A stretch of 32,000 bases of DNA from an uncultured Acidobacteriota bacterium (GTDB taxonomy: Bacteria; Acidobacteriota; Terriglobia; 20CM-2-55-15), in assembly GCA_963738025.1 (NCBI GenBank), contig CAVTWA010000005.1:192502-224501 (forward strand), written 5' to 3'. Of the stretch, positions 1-8,882 are shown piece after piece; the first letter of the stretch is position 1, and each line of letters begins with the position of its first letter. Position numbers and translations under genes: made by a program. The notes beneath the pieces were generated by a model. It was not told where the DNA came from, searched no databases, and saw nothing but the letters and a program-made list of their open reading frames with translations.

Positions 1-777
1 ATTCCTGTAACTTATGAGTTCGATTCCGGATTTCCTAATGAGATCGCGAATGTCCTGGCCAGTCAGGATCTTCAGTTCGCGTTCTCGTTGTTCCAGAAGC
101 CTGGTCGGCGTTTTATGAAGATCGTCGTCAAGATAACCAGGATGGCACATGACTTCATGTGCACCAGGAGCCAGATCTCGAATGATACTCCCAAATGCCT
201 CGAGGTCCAAAAAACCAGTTTCTGCGACTCCATAAAAACGGTCGGGGCCCGCCATTGCATTCGGCAGGCAGCGCTTCCAGGCGAGCCGTGCACCTGCGGC
301 AAACATGTATTGCTGGAGGATCGCGGCGCGCGCGTTCGGATAGCGGCGCAGCAGCGGCAACAAGCGGGGTGTTTTCGCGTTCATTGTCCGAATCGCGCGG
401 ATCCCATATTCCGGAGCCACCGTACGAACGATTTTCCAAACGGCAGGTATGATATGCACGTGTTTGTGGCCATCGAGATGGGTAATCTGCAGGCCGGCGC
501 TCAGTACTTTTTCGATTTGTGAGCGAATCTCGCGTTCTAAATGGAGCCGGTGCGCCCGGAGAGCCAGCCCGAAAGGTTTGTTGGTGAGATTCAGGTGCAG
601 GCCGATATCCAGACCGGGATTGTGTTGTGCCAGTTCCACCGCCGAGTCGAACGCAGAGGCATTGACCATCAGACTGGCGCTGGTCACCACACCGTGCTGA
701 TGCGCGAAGACAATGGCGCGGTTTACCCCGTCCGTGAGGCCAAAGTCATCGGCAGTTACAATCAGCTGCTTGTTCAT
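1..777 (-). CDS. hpnK: YdjC/ChbG-family hopanoid-associated deacetylase HpnK (C-terminal end runs off the window start)
   Basis: Absent from the ORF track because no stop codon lies in the window. My minus-strand translation from ATG 777-775 reads MNKQLIVTADDFGLTDGVNRAIVFAHQHGVVTSASLMVNA...QITHLDGHKHVHIIPAVW...EVMCHPGYLDDDL... The ADDFG N-terminus and the HLDGHKHVH histidine cluster are typical of the YdjC family. The start lies 4 nt after the hpnI stop. Confidence 0.8.
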   Translation of the reverse strand, partial: MNKQLIVTADDFGLTDGVNRAIVFAHQHGVVTSASLMVNASAFDSAVELAQHNPGLDIGLHLNLTNKPFGLALRAHRLHLEREIRSQIEKVLSAGLQITHLDGHKHVHIIPAVWKIVRTVAPEYGIRAIRTMNAKTPRLLPLLRRYPNARAAILQQYMFAAGARLAWKRCLPNAMAGPDRFYGVAETGFLDLEAFGSIIRDLAPGAHEVMCHPGYLDDDLHKTPTRLLEQRERELKILTGQDIRDLIRKSGIELISYRN

Positions 778-780
778 GAG

Positions 781-1923
781 TCAGACCGCGCGTAATTTTC
801 CATTCACAAGCTCGAATCGCTTTCCGCGCCAGATGACCTGCCTGCCCGCGTAACAGAAAATCCACACCGCGAGGGCCGCAATGTCCCGAAACGGGAGCAG
901 CCAAAGATAAAGAAAGGGCCTGGAATCGCGTAGCACGCGAACATTGATCGTCAGCAGCACAGCGTACCTGAGGACTAATGCCGATGCGAATAAAAACCAC
1001 GCCCATGTGACGGCCGGCAGGAGAGCTATCGTAAGCAGTCCCCAGGGAATTGCGAACGTGAATAGCAATCCCAGGTAGCCGCCCGGCCGCGATGTACGAA
1101 TGGCTCTCGCCCAGCGAAGTTGGTGCTGAACAAATTCTTTCAAGGAATACCGCGGGAGGTAATGATCCACGACGCAATCTGCGAGTTGAACGCTCAGGCC
1201 AGCCTGCGAGATGCGATAGCCGAGCTGATAATCATCGGCCAGGTAGTCTGCCAACGGGGTGAAGCCACCGACCGCATCCAGTGCGCCGCGCGAGAACGCC
1301 AGCGTCGATCCCAATCCGAATCGCAGTTCCCCTTCCAACCGCTTCGCGCACAGAACACCAGGGACAAAGTCGGAGCTGATCCCCAGTGATTCGAGTTTTG
1401 AACCCAGGCTGGCTGAAGCTATGCCTCGATAAAGGCAAGTCACCATGCCGACGGAGTCATTTTTCAACGGCGCCACGACTCGACGAACATAATCATCGGG
1501 GACGTGGATATCGCTGTCGTTGATCAATATGAACTTGTGACGGGCGTGAGGCAGCATCTGGACGAGGTTACTGATTTTCAGGTTGGTTCCCAACTGGTCC
1601 GGGCAGGGGACCAGCTTCATGTGAACGTCAGGGAACTCGGTCATCACCTGTTGCACGACAGGTATGATTGCGTCGGCCGGATCTGCAACACCAAAGATGA
1701 TTTCAAATACCGGATAGTCCTGGATGCAGTGGCTGCGCAAGCTCGTATATGCGTGCGGGTCCATGCCGCAAAGCGGTTTCAATATCGAAACAGGAGGCGT
1801 GAATTCCGTAGTGCCCGGGTCCGGCTCCCGCCGTCCAGATGCCACGGCGCTCCACAGAGAAAATAGACAATAACCGATGCTGCAAAGTGTTCCGACTATA
1901 CAAAGAATCGCCAAAACAATCAT
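781..1923 (-). CDS. hpnI: Hopanoid-associated family-2 glycosyltransferase (HpnI-like, ceramide-glucosyltransferase-like fold)
   Basis: 380-aa ORF with an N-terminal TM helix and a GT core (VSILKPLCG, ILINDSDIHV with a DxD-like DSD, QLRWARAIR), followed by C-terminal TM helices. ATG at 1923. It sits between the EamA pair and hpnK, in the context of hpnJ and hpnK. Confidence 0.8.
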   Translation of the reverse strand: MIVLAILCIVGTLCSIGYCLFSLWSAVASGRREPDPGTTEFTPPVSILKPLCGMDPHAYTSLRSHCIQDYPVFEIIFGVADPADAIIPVVQQVMTEFPDVHMKLVPCPDQLGTNLKISNLVQMLPHARHKFILINDSDIHVPDDYVRRVVAPLKNDSVGMVTCLYRGIASASLGSKLESLGISSDFVPGVLCAKRLEGELRFGLGSTLAFSRGALDAVGGFTPLADYLADDYQLGYRISQAGLSVQLADCVVDHYLPRYSLKEFVQHQLRWARAIRTSRPGGYLGLLFTFAIPWGLLTIALLPAVTWAWFLFASALVLRYAVLLTINVRVLRDSRPFLYLWLLPFRDIAALAVWIFCYAGRQVIWRGKRFELVNGKLRAV

Positions 1924-1932
1924 CGCGGCGTT

Positions 1933-2301
1933 TTAACTGAAGGAAAGCAGGGCAACGCCGATGCATACCAGAACGACGCCTGCCCAGCGAATGGGCGCGA
2001 CTTTTTCGTTAAGGAGGAATTTCGCGCCAAAAGCGCCCGTCACATAGCTCAACGCAGTCGCGGGTACTACGAGACTGGCATCTGCCCATGACAGCAGCGC
2101 CAGAAGCGAGAAAAATGCAATCGCCATGAGGCCGATACCTAACCACATCCAGCCCAGACGGAAGGCGCGCCCCAGCATGGGCAAAACCACAGAAGGCCTG
2201 AAACTCTGAACCTCGCCGATTCTTTTCATCGCGTACGTCACACAGATATCGCCGGCCGTGCCCGTCAGAACCACGATCCCGATGAAAACCCAGAGACGCA
2301 T
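1933..2301 (-). CDS. Half-size EamA/DMT-superfamily membrane protein (about 4 TM), paralog of the upstream gene
   Basis: The track ORF is 1933-2379. I place the start at ATG 2301 (MRLWVFIGIVVLTGTAGD...), 2 nt after the upstream stop (2304-2306). The protein is hydrophobic and about 122 aa. Its C-terminal signature NEKVAPIRWAGVVLVCIGVALL parallels GETVSPMRWMGVLLICAGVALV in the neighbouring gene. Confidence 0.6.
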   Translation of the reverse strand: MRLWVFIGIVVLTGTAGDICVTYAMKRIGEVQSFRPSVVLPMLGRAFRLGWMWLGIGLMAIAFFSLLALLSWADASLVVPATALSYVTGAFGAKFLLNEKVAPIRWAGVVLVCIGVALLSFS

Positions 2302-2303
2302 GT

Positions 2304-2735
2304 TCAATCTCCGATGGTACGCGGTGCGGTTCCACCAACCAGAGCGACGCCCGCGCAGATCAAAAGGACGCCCATCCACCGCATCGGTGAAACAGTTTCA
2401 CCAAGTAAAAAGTAACTGAGCACCGCGACGAACGCATAGCCGATGGCGCAGACCGGTTGCACGTAGCTGAAATCTGCCCGGGAAAGGAGAAGCAGGTATG
2501 AAATGAAAAAAATCAGGAAGCTCAGAATTCCGGTCCATATGGTGCCCGACGTGAAAGTCCTGACAAAAACGGCCAGCAGGGCCGAAGGCGAATAATTCTT
2601 AATTGCACCTACTTCTTTCATCCCCTTGCTCAGCAGAACATTGCCCAGGGCGCTGAAAAACACCACGGACACAATGAGCGAGTAGGTTTTGGAATTCATG
2701 CTGCTGACATCGCGAACCGCAGCTGTTGGTTGCAT
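2304..2735 (-). CDS. Half-size EamA/DMT-superfamily membrane protein (about 4 TM)
   Basis: The track ORF is 2304-2789. Its first 14 codons would overlap hpnJ, so the likely starts are ATG 2735 or ATG 2699 (MNSKTYSLIVSVVFFSALGNVLLSKGMKEVG...). I cannot choose between them because neither has a clear SD. It shares a LLSxADxSxVxP motif with the downstream paralog. Confidence 0.6.
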   Translation of the reverse strand: MQPTAAVRDVSSMNSKTYSLIVSVVFFSALGNVLLSKGMKEVGAIKNYSPSALLAVFVRTFTSGTIWTGILSFLIFFISYLLLLSRADFSYVQPVCAIGYAFVAVLSYFLLGETVSPMRWMGVLLICAGVALVGGTAPRTIGD

Positions 2736-2746
2736 ACCGCTGTACT

Positions 2747-4205
2747 CTAGGAGGAAGGAAGTTCCTGTCGCTTTCTTGCGTACTTCCAACGCTCGGAGCG
2801 CACGCGCATGTATTCCACCGCTTCTTCGTAGAGCCGTTGCCGCTCATTCGAGTCCCACAGGGCGTCGCGCACAATGCGCCAGACGACTCGCGGCCTGAAA
2901 TAGTAGGAATCGTAGAACCGATTGACAGCTGCCATCATTTCTTCGCGAGGCAGCCCCGGGTATGCGATATGAGGAAGTTGATGGCCTCCACTGTCCGCTG
3001 CAGCTTCGCCGGACATGAAGTTGTTGCCGGCGAGTTGGTTGTACAGTTCCGTCCCCGCGTATGCGTGAGCGATGGACACCTGGATCGTTTCCGTATCCAG
3101 TTCTTTAGCGAAATCGAGTGTTCGCTTTATCGTTTCACGAGTTTCGCCCGGCAATCCGATGATGAAGTCACCATGGATCCGAATGCCGACCTTCTTGCAA
3201 TTCCTGGTGAATTCGCGAGCCTGTTCGACTGTCGCGCCTTTTTTGATGTTTTTCAGAATCTGGGGATCTCCCGATTCATAACCTACGATGAAAAGACGCG
3301 CGCCCGAGTCCGCCATCGCCTTCAGAGTCTCGTAGTCGCTATTCACGCGCGCCGTGCACGACCAGCGGAACTTCAGCGGCTTCAGCTTCGCACAAACATC
3401 AAGGACTCGATCTTTCCGGATGTTGAAGGTGTCATCGTCGAAGAAGAACTCCTTCGCCTGCGGGAACAGCTGCAGCGCCTGCTTTACTTCGCGCGCGACA
3501 TTCTCACTTGAACGCGTACGCCAGGCATGGCCCGATAAAGTCTGTGGCCATAGACAAAAAGTGCACATTGCCGGGCAGCCACGCGACGTATAGAAAGCAA
3601 CGTAGGGATGCAGCAGAAAAGGAACGTTGTAATTTTCAATCTTGAGGTCGCGTTTGTACACTTCCGTAGCGAAAGGCAGCTGGTCGAGATCTTCGGTTTG
3701 CAGCTGCGGCCGGGAAGGGTTCAGCCGCAGGCGGCCATTCTCCAGATAACCGGCGCCAGCAATCTCGCTCAAAGGCTTGCCCTTGGCATACTCGACGACG
3801 GCGTGATCGAACTCGCCGCTGACAATGAAATCGATTTCCGGATTGCTGATCAGACAGTCCGGCTTGATCTGTACGGGCGGCCCGACGAAGGCCACTTTCA
3901 AGCTTCGGCCTGACCTGCTTCATCTGCCGTACCATGGCAACGTCATTTGCGAATCCAACCGTCGATGTGAACAGCACCAGAAACTCATAGTCTCGAGCGA
4001 TCTGGATTGTTTCTTCGGGTGTGACATGATGCGATGGCGCATCCAGCAGCCGGCTGCCCGGCAACATCCCAGCTGGATAGCTCAGCCAGACCGGATACCA
4101 GAACGACTCGATTTCGCGGGTCGCCGGCCAGCGCGAGCTTGCGCCGCCATCAAAGTTCTTGAAACTGGGAGGATTCAACAAAAGAGTTTTCATTACGGAC
4201 GGCAT
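2747..4205 (-). pseudogene. hpnJ: B12-binding radical SAM protein HpnJ, split by an apparent +1 frameshift near 3900-3906 (true pseudogene or sequencing/assembly error)
   Basis: The N-terminal part lies in ORF 3636-4205 (M..MKTLLLNPPSFKNFDGGASSRWPATREIESFWYPVWLSYPAG...DVAMVRQMKQVRPKL). The remainder lies in ORF 2747-3901 (KVAFVGPPVQIKPD...YTSRGCPAMCTFCLWP with CxxxCxxC). The two frames join cleanly as ...RPKL/KVAFVG if one nucleotide in ccgaagCTTGaaagtg is ignored. Confidence 0.8.
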
Positions 4206-4230
4206 AAGCGATCTATTCTACGCTGGAAGT

Positions 4231-4303
4231 CTGGGGACGGCGTACTAAATTACCTGAATTGGACTTCAAGCCAGGTGATTTACTGACTTAGTGCGCGCCC
4301 CAG
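4231..4303. repeat. Degenerate copy of palindromic repeat family A (intergenic TolC-hpnJ)
   Basis: The sequence ctggggacggcgtactaaattacctgaatt...ccaggtgatttactgacttagtgcgcgccccag resembles GGGGACGGTTGCCTAAATCACCTAAATT in the copies at 9584 and 12814. The outer ctgggg/ccccag and inner cctg/cagg segments pair. It starts 1 nt after the TolC stop codon (4305-4307). Confidence 0.6.
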
Positions 4304-4304
4304 A

Positions 4305-5609
4305 TTATTGATAGATCTTCGTAAGGTCGCCGGTTGTGCTGAGAACGTCCAACTGCGCTTTCTGACGATCGTAGTCGGCATCCAGATAGGCGAGCCACTT
4401 TTCGTTTTCATCCAACCTGGCGCGCTCGATATCGCGGCTGTTGGCCCGCCCCTCCATGAAGTTCGCCTGGATGATCTTTACGTTTTCTTGAGCAACTTCC
4501 AGCTCAAGGCGTGCAACTTCGCGGGCCGCGTCGAGTTCGCGCACGCGGTAATACTGGCGTGAGGCTTCGAGTTCGAGCGTCTGGCGTTTATTGCGTAATT
4601 CCATTTCCGACGCGTTCAGTTCGCTCTTCGCGAACGCGATGTTGGCGGACCGCTGCGCACTGATCAGAGGGATTCTGATCTGGAGCCCAACGGTGAAGTT
4701 ATTCGCCTGGAACTGCCGGTAATAGTTTTGGAAGTTGTTATACCGGCCAAACACGCCGTATTCGCCCACCGCGTCGATTGTCGGCCACTTGGTCTTGATT
4801 TGACCGGCAACGAGATGTTCTTTCGCTCTGCGATCGTATTCGCTCTGGCGCAAATCGAGGCTTCTTTCGACAGCGCGATCGACAATGTCCCGTTCGCGCT
4901 CGGTTGCCTCGATAGACAGTGGCTCCGTTGCAACGTCGATGCGCTGGTCCGGAGGGATGCCCATCAGCGCAGCCAGTTGCTGTTGCAGCTGGCTTTCACG
5001 GCTTTCGAGCTGAACGATGTGCTGTTCGGTTCTCGCGGCCGCAAGCTCCGCTTTCTTGGACTCAATAGGCAGTTCGTAGCCTTCTTTCACGCGCTGTTGA
5101 GTGAAACTGAGAATTCGCGTGTTGCTTTGCCGCTGATTCCGCATCAGGTCTAAAGAATGACGTACCTTGCCAAGTTCGAGATAGGCGGAGCTCGCTTGAA
5201 GCGCAACGGAATTCCGCGTCTTTTCCAGTTCGAGCCGCTGAATTTCTTTGCGCTCCTCTGCGGCTCTTAACTGAGCCGTTTGCACTGGGTTAAACAAGGC
5301 CTGCACGTAAGAGAAATTGATAATGGAGGGTGCTGCGCCCCCCGGCGTTAAGGGAAAGCCGTAGGTATAGGCCGCTCCCGAGCCCGTATACAAATTGGGT
5401 TGAAACGCAGACTTGTTGACGCCGATTTCTCTTTCCGCGACCTCATATCGCGCCTGCGCGAGCGCAACTTCACGACTGCTGCGGAGCGCCTTGTTCACGG
5501 CATCTTTCAAGGCGACGGGTTGTAAATCCTGTGCCTGAAGCGCGCAGGGTGCGATCGCACAACAGGCGGCGCAACTTGCGAGGAACCTGACAAATCGATT
5601 TTTATTCAT
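4305..5609 (-). CDS. TolC-family outer-membrane efflux protein
   Basis: The track ORF is 4305-5675. The likely start is ATG 5609 (MNKNRFVRFLASCAACCAIAPCALQAQD, signal-peptide-like), which overlaps the permease stop as ATGAATAA. The protein is long, coiled-coil rich and shows the two-fold repeated architecture typical of OEP/TolC proteins. Confidence 0.8.
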   Translation of the reverse strand: MNKNRFVRFLASCAACCAIAPCALQAQDLQPVALKDAVNKALRSSREVALAQARYEVAEREIGVNKSAFQPNLYTGSGAAYTYGFPLTPGGAAPSIINFSYVQALFNPVQTAQLRAAEERKEIQRLELEKTRNSVALQASSAYLELGKVRHSLDLMRNQRQSNTRILSFTQQRVKEGYELPIESKKAELAAARTEQHIVQLESRESQLQQQLAALMGIPPDQRIDVATEPLSIEATERERDIVDRAVERSLDLRQSEYDRRAKEHLVAGQIKTKWPTIDAVGEYGVFGRYNNFQNYYRQFQANNFTVGLQIRIPLISAQRSANIAFAKSELNASEMELRNKRQTLELEASRQYYRVRELDAAREVARLELEVAQENVKIIQANFMEGRANSRDIERARLDENEKWLAYLDADYDRQKAQLDVLSTTGDLTKIYQ

Positions 5610-6802
5610 AACGCAGAGCTTCGGTTGGTTGCAGTTTGGCCGCGCGGCTGGCCGGCAGATATCCAAAAACAACACCGGTCATGCATGAAACAGCGAAGGC
5701 CACAACAATAGACAGGCCGGAGATCGGGATCGTCAAACCAGCCGGCATCAAAGGCCTCAAAAGGAAAGGAATCCCGAGAGCAATCAGAATTCCCAGCACG
5801 GCACCGGTTCCGCTAATGATTAACGCTTCGAGCAGAAATTGGTACAAGATTTCGCGTTTGGCTGCGCCAATCGCCTTGCGGACACCGATTTCGCGAGTAC
5901 GTTCACTGACGGTCACCAGCATGATATTCATGATGCCAACGCCGCTGATGACCAGCGTCACGGATCCAACGGCCAGCAGCACCGCGCTCACAGCCAGCGA
6001 GATATTTCTCGCCGCGTCGAGAATTGCGCTGAGGTTCTGGACGTTGTACAGAGAGCCCGAGCGATGGCGGGAGCGCAGGACATTCTCCACCCCTCGCGTT
6101 AAAGCGGGTACAGCTTCCGGCTGCGGTGCCTGAGCATAAAGGACTTTTACGGTGTCCGTTCCCGCGTAACTCTTCAACAAGCCAAACGGCACGATCAGCG
6201 ATTCGCGGGCGATCTCGGATTGGCCGAAAGTGGCGATACGTTCCTTAAAGACGCCGATGACCGTGAACCTCAATTCTCCAACCCGGATGTCCTGTCCGAC
6301 AGGATCGGTCCCTGCAAACACGATGCGCGCAAGATCCTGGGTGAGCAAGCACACCTTACTGTGGGATTGAAAATCATCACCGTCGAAATATCTTCCATCG
6401 AGGACGAGAAGGTTCCTGATCTTTTGAAAGCCTTCCGTAACAGCGACCAGCGTGACGGGGCGCTCGACGCCGCCCGGCCACCACAGCCATCTGTATGTCG
6501 TGCGTGGCAGCCACTTCCGAGGCGGCCGGTACTTCCCGCCGGATGGTTTCCATGTCGTCTATGGTTATTTCATCGCTGAGCGTGTTCGCTTGCGTGCCGG
6601 TCCGGATCAACTCCGCATACACCAGGTTTGAACCTACACCTTCTATTTGCGTGATGATGTAGTTCCTGCCGACCAGAGAAATCGTAACGACGAGCACGAT
6701 GCAGGCGCTGCCGATGACGACGCCCAGCGTTGTCAGGAATGCCTTGACCTTATTCGCACGAAGGGCATCGATCGAGATTTTCCACAGTTCGCTCTGCAGC
6801 AT
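5602..6802 (-). pseudogene. MacB/DevC-type ABC transporter permease (MacB_PCD + FtsX domain), split by an apparent +1 frameshift near 6470-6480
   Basis: The N-terminal part is in ORF 6377-6802 (MLQSELWKISIDALRANKVKAFLTTLGVVIGSACIV...ATHDIQMAVVA). After gtggtggccGggcggc the sensible reading continues in another frame (GGVERPVTLVAVTEGFQKIRNLLVLDGRYFDGDDFQSHSKV) and runs into ORF 5602-6354 (CLLTQDLA...TVSERTREIGVRKAIGA...LPASRAAKLQPTEALRYE, an FtsX signature). One extra base in the ccc/gg run restores a single protein of about 400 aa. Confidence 0.8.
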
Positions 6803-7641
6803 TAACGGCTGATGCGGGCGAGCCAGTTCATGGCGGATTTGTGTGAAGGGAAATCGCTCTTTTCAGGTACGGACGACACATACGACTTCAACAGCTGCTC
6901 AGCCCTGTTTGCATCGCTGCCCCGCAAGATAAGGACGACGGCGCGGTAGAACCCGACGCGCGGATCCCTGGAATCCACGCGGACCGCGTCATTGATTGTT
7001 CGTTCGAGATTCGTTGCGTCTTTGCGATCGGCAAAAAATTCTGCGGCCTCCATATATGGATCGATGAGGGTGGGGTGCTGATCTAAAACTGCGAGATATT
7101 CAGTTTCGGCGGGCCTCCATTGTTTTTCCGCGCGAAGGTACACTGCCCGCGCCAGCCGTCCCTCGATCGGGTCAATCGCTGCAATCGCCTCAATCTGTTG
7201 TTTGGCCTTCTCCTTGTCGCCGCCGACGATCCATGGCGCCTCGACACAATACTCCATGAGATCCCGCCGGGCTGCGATGTTGCCCGGAGCGAGCCTGACG
7301 GCGGCTTCGAACGCCTGCTTCACCTTTCTTGCCAGGAAAAAGCTGTGACTCTCTTCCGCTTTTGCACCGTAGGCGCGGCCAAGCCATCGGTTGTACTCGG
7401 CGTTTTGCGGCGCCAACTTTACTGCCAGCTCCGCCTGGTTGACGGCTTCATCGTAATTTCGCATCTCGTAGTTTGTGCGCGCCGTCCAGTAATGAAGTGA
7501 AGCATTATCGGGCGAATGCTCGAGGGCTGCGTTTAAGGTATTCAAGGCAGCTTTATAGTTGCCCGCTTCGAATTGAACGTGGGCGGATTGCGCGACGTCC
7601 TGCGCGAATAATAGCGAAAGAAGTATTGTCCCAAGAATCAT
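6802..7641 (-). CDS. Secreted tetratricopeptide-repeat (TPR) protein
   Basis: 279-aa ORF with a signal-like N-terminus (MILGTILLSLLFAQDVAQSA). It has repeated TPR-like helices (YKAALNTLNAALEHSPDNASLHYWTARTNYEMRNYDEAVNQAELAVKLAPQNAEY...). Its start overlaps the adaptor stop as ATGA (7638-7641), and its stop overlaps the permease start as TAATG at 6802. Confidence 0.65.
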   Translation of the reverse strand: MILGTILLSLLFAQDVAQSAHVQFEAGNYKAALNTLNAALEHSPDNASLHYWTARTNYEMRNYDEAVNQAELAVKLAPQNAEYNRWLGRAYGAKAEESHSFFLARKVKQAFEAAVRLAPGNIAARRDLMEYCVEAPWIVGGDKEKAKQQIEAIAAIDPIEGRLARAVYLRAEKQWRPAETEYLAVLDQHPTLIDPYMEAAEFFADRKDATNLERTINDAVRVDSRDPRVGFYRAVVLILRGSDANRAEQLLKSYVSSVPEKSDFPSHKSAMNWLARISR

Positions 7642-8876
7642 CGTTCTGTCCCAGCGACTGTCTGTCCTTCTCGCAATTCCGAATCCATCGGAAGAGCTAC
7701 CGTGTCTTGCTCCGTAATACCCCCCAGGATTTCATACGTGGTCGGATTCGAGATTCCAACCATCACTTCCCGGCTTTTGACTTTATTGTCCTCAACGACA
7801 AAGACGTAGCGTTTGGCGCCGTCGGTGCGCACTGCCGCGCGCGGTAGCGTCAGGACATTTTCGCGGTCGGCAACCCGAATTTTTACATTAACGTTCGTAT
7901 TCGGTAAAAGTTCGGCCGCCTCATTATTGACCGAGCAAAGCACTTCGCCGACATTGCGTGAGCCCCGCGTCGAGATTGTTGTAGGAAGCTGTTCGATTAC
8001 GCCCATCCATACTCGAGCCGGCAAAGCGTCCCAAGTGATTTCGACGATCTGTCCCTGTTTCAGTGAGCCGAGTTCCGGTTCGTCAATAAAAGCGCGTACT
8101 CTGGCGCGTCTGAGATCCGCCATTTCCGCGAGAGTGTCGCCCATACGGACAAACGTTCCGGAGCGCGCCGGAAGCGAATAAATCGCGCCCCCGACAGGAG
8201 CAGTGACGCCCGCGGAATTGATCTTCTGCTCCATGGATTGAATGGACTCCCGTGCCTCGTCCGCCCGCAGAGCAGCCCGTTGCGCTTGTATTTTGGAGCG
8301 GGCGGATAGTGTGTTCTTTTTTTCTTCCAGCAGGTGTTTTTCCGCTTCGGCTTTTTCCAGTGCGATTCTGTTCTGGTCCTGTTCCTGACGTGTTGCGGCC
8401 TGACTCTGTATCAGCCGGCTGAGAGCTTCTCTATCTCGAGTGAGTTGCGTTATCTGTCCGATTGTTTTGGCCAGATCGCTCTGGATCTGCGCCAGATCGT
8501 CAGGTGAGCCACCCTGAAGTGCGGTGTTTTGCTCTTCCTGCGCACCAATGAGCTGATCTCGCATGCGAGCCAGTTCGCTTTTGACATCCGTGGCGTCAAG
8601 CTCGAGCAGCGGGTCTCCAGCTTTTACCATTTGTCCCTCTCTGACGTAGACCGCTGAGATGCGTGTCGAAAGCTGGGCTTGAATGACATGCGGCTCGATC
8701 GGTTCGACTTTTCCATTTCCCGTCGTCCAGGAGCTGAGTTCCTGACGAGCGGCATGGGTGACGGATATCCTGAGAGGCCGATCGCGCCCAGGGCCCGTTG
8801 CCGCCACAAACACCAGTACGGCTGCTCCTGCAACCAGGAGAAACACCCAGATCGATTTGGTAAGCGTCGTCGCCAT
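7638..8876 (-). CDS. HlyD/MacA-type periplasmic adaptor (membrane fusion protein)
   Basis: The track ORF starts at a TTG (8882); the ATG at 8876 gives MATTLTKSIWVFLLVAGAAVLVF (N-terminal anchor). It has a lipoyl-like motif (VKAGDPLLELD), a long coiled-coil segment (QSDLAKTIGQITQLTRDREAL...LEKAEAEKHLLEEKK) and a C-terminal beta-barrel region, which is the usual MFP layout. Confidence 0.8.
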   Translation of the reverse strand: MATTLTKSIWVFLLVAGAAVLVFVAATGPGRDRPLRISVTHAARQELSSWTTGNGKVEPIEPHVIQAQLSTRISAVYVREGQMVKAGDPLLELDATDVKSELARMRDQLIGAQEEQNTALQGGSPDDLAQIQSDLAKTIGQITQLTRDREALSRLIQSQAATRQEQDQNRIALEKAEAEKHLLEEKKNTLSARSKIQAQRAALRADEARESIQSMEQKINSAGVTAPVGGAIYSLPARSGTFVRMGDTLAEMADLRRARVRAFIDEPELGSLKQGQIVEITWDALPARVWMGVIEQLPTTISTRGSRNVGEVLCSVNNEAAELLPNTNVNVKIRVADRENVLTLPRAAVRTDGAKRYVFVVEDNKVKSREVMVGISNPTTYEILGGITEQDTVALPMDSELREGQTVAGTER

Positions 8877-8882
8877 CAGCAA

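Noticed and set aside
16-30. GAGTTCGATTCCGGA, resembling a tRNA T-arm/T-loop (GGTTCGATTCC)
   Set aside because: It lies inside the continuous hpnK coding frame (…GIELISYRN), no acceptor or anticodon arms can be built from the available sequence, and it sits at the window edge. This is most likely coincidence.
72-795. Track ORFs 72-302(-), 88-522(+), 155-439(-), 195-452(+), 449-700(+), 541-795(+)
   Set aside because: All overlap the much better minus-strand YdjC/HpnK reading frame (1-777). That frame is missing from the track only because it has no stop in the window. Their peptides are R/A/G/C-rich compositional noise.
3896-3906. Programmed +1 ribosomal frameshift in hpnJ (CTT-G resembles the prfB CUU-UGA site)
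   Set aside because: There is no in-frame stop or evident rare codon at the shift site, no convincing upstream SD-like stimulator, and a second unrelated gene (the permease) has the same kind of 1-nt lesion. An indel, real or artefactual, is the simpler explanation.
3825-4286. ORFs reading through family-A palindromes (3825-4286, 9616-9873, 12705-13346) that end or begin with similar GDGxLNxLN peptides
   Set aside because: The shared peptide is simply the translation of the repeated palindromic DNA element. The remainder of each ORF is antisense to, or out of frame with, well-supported genes.
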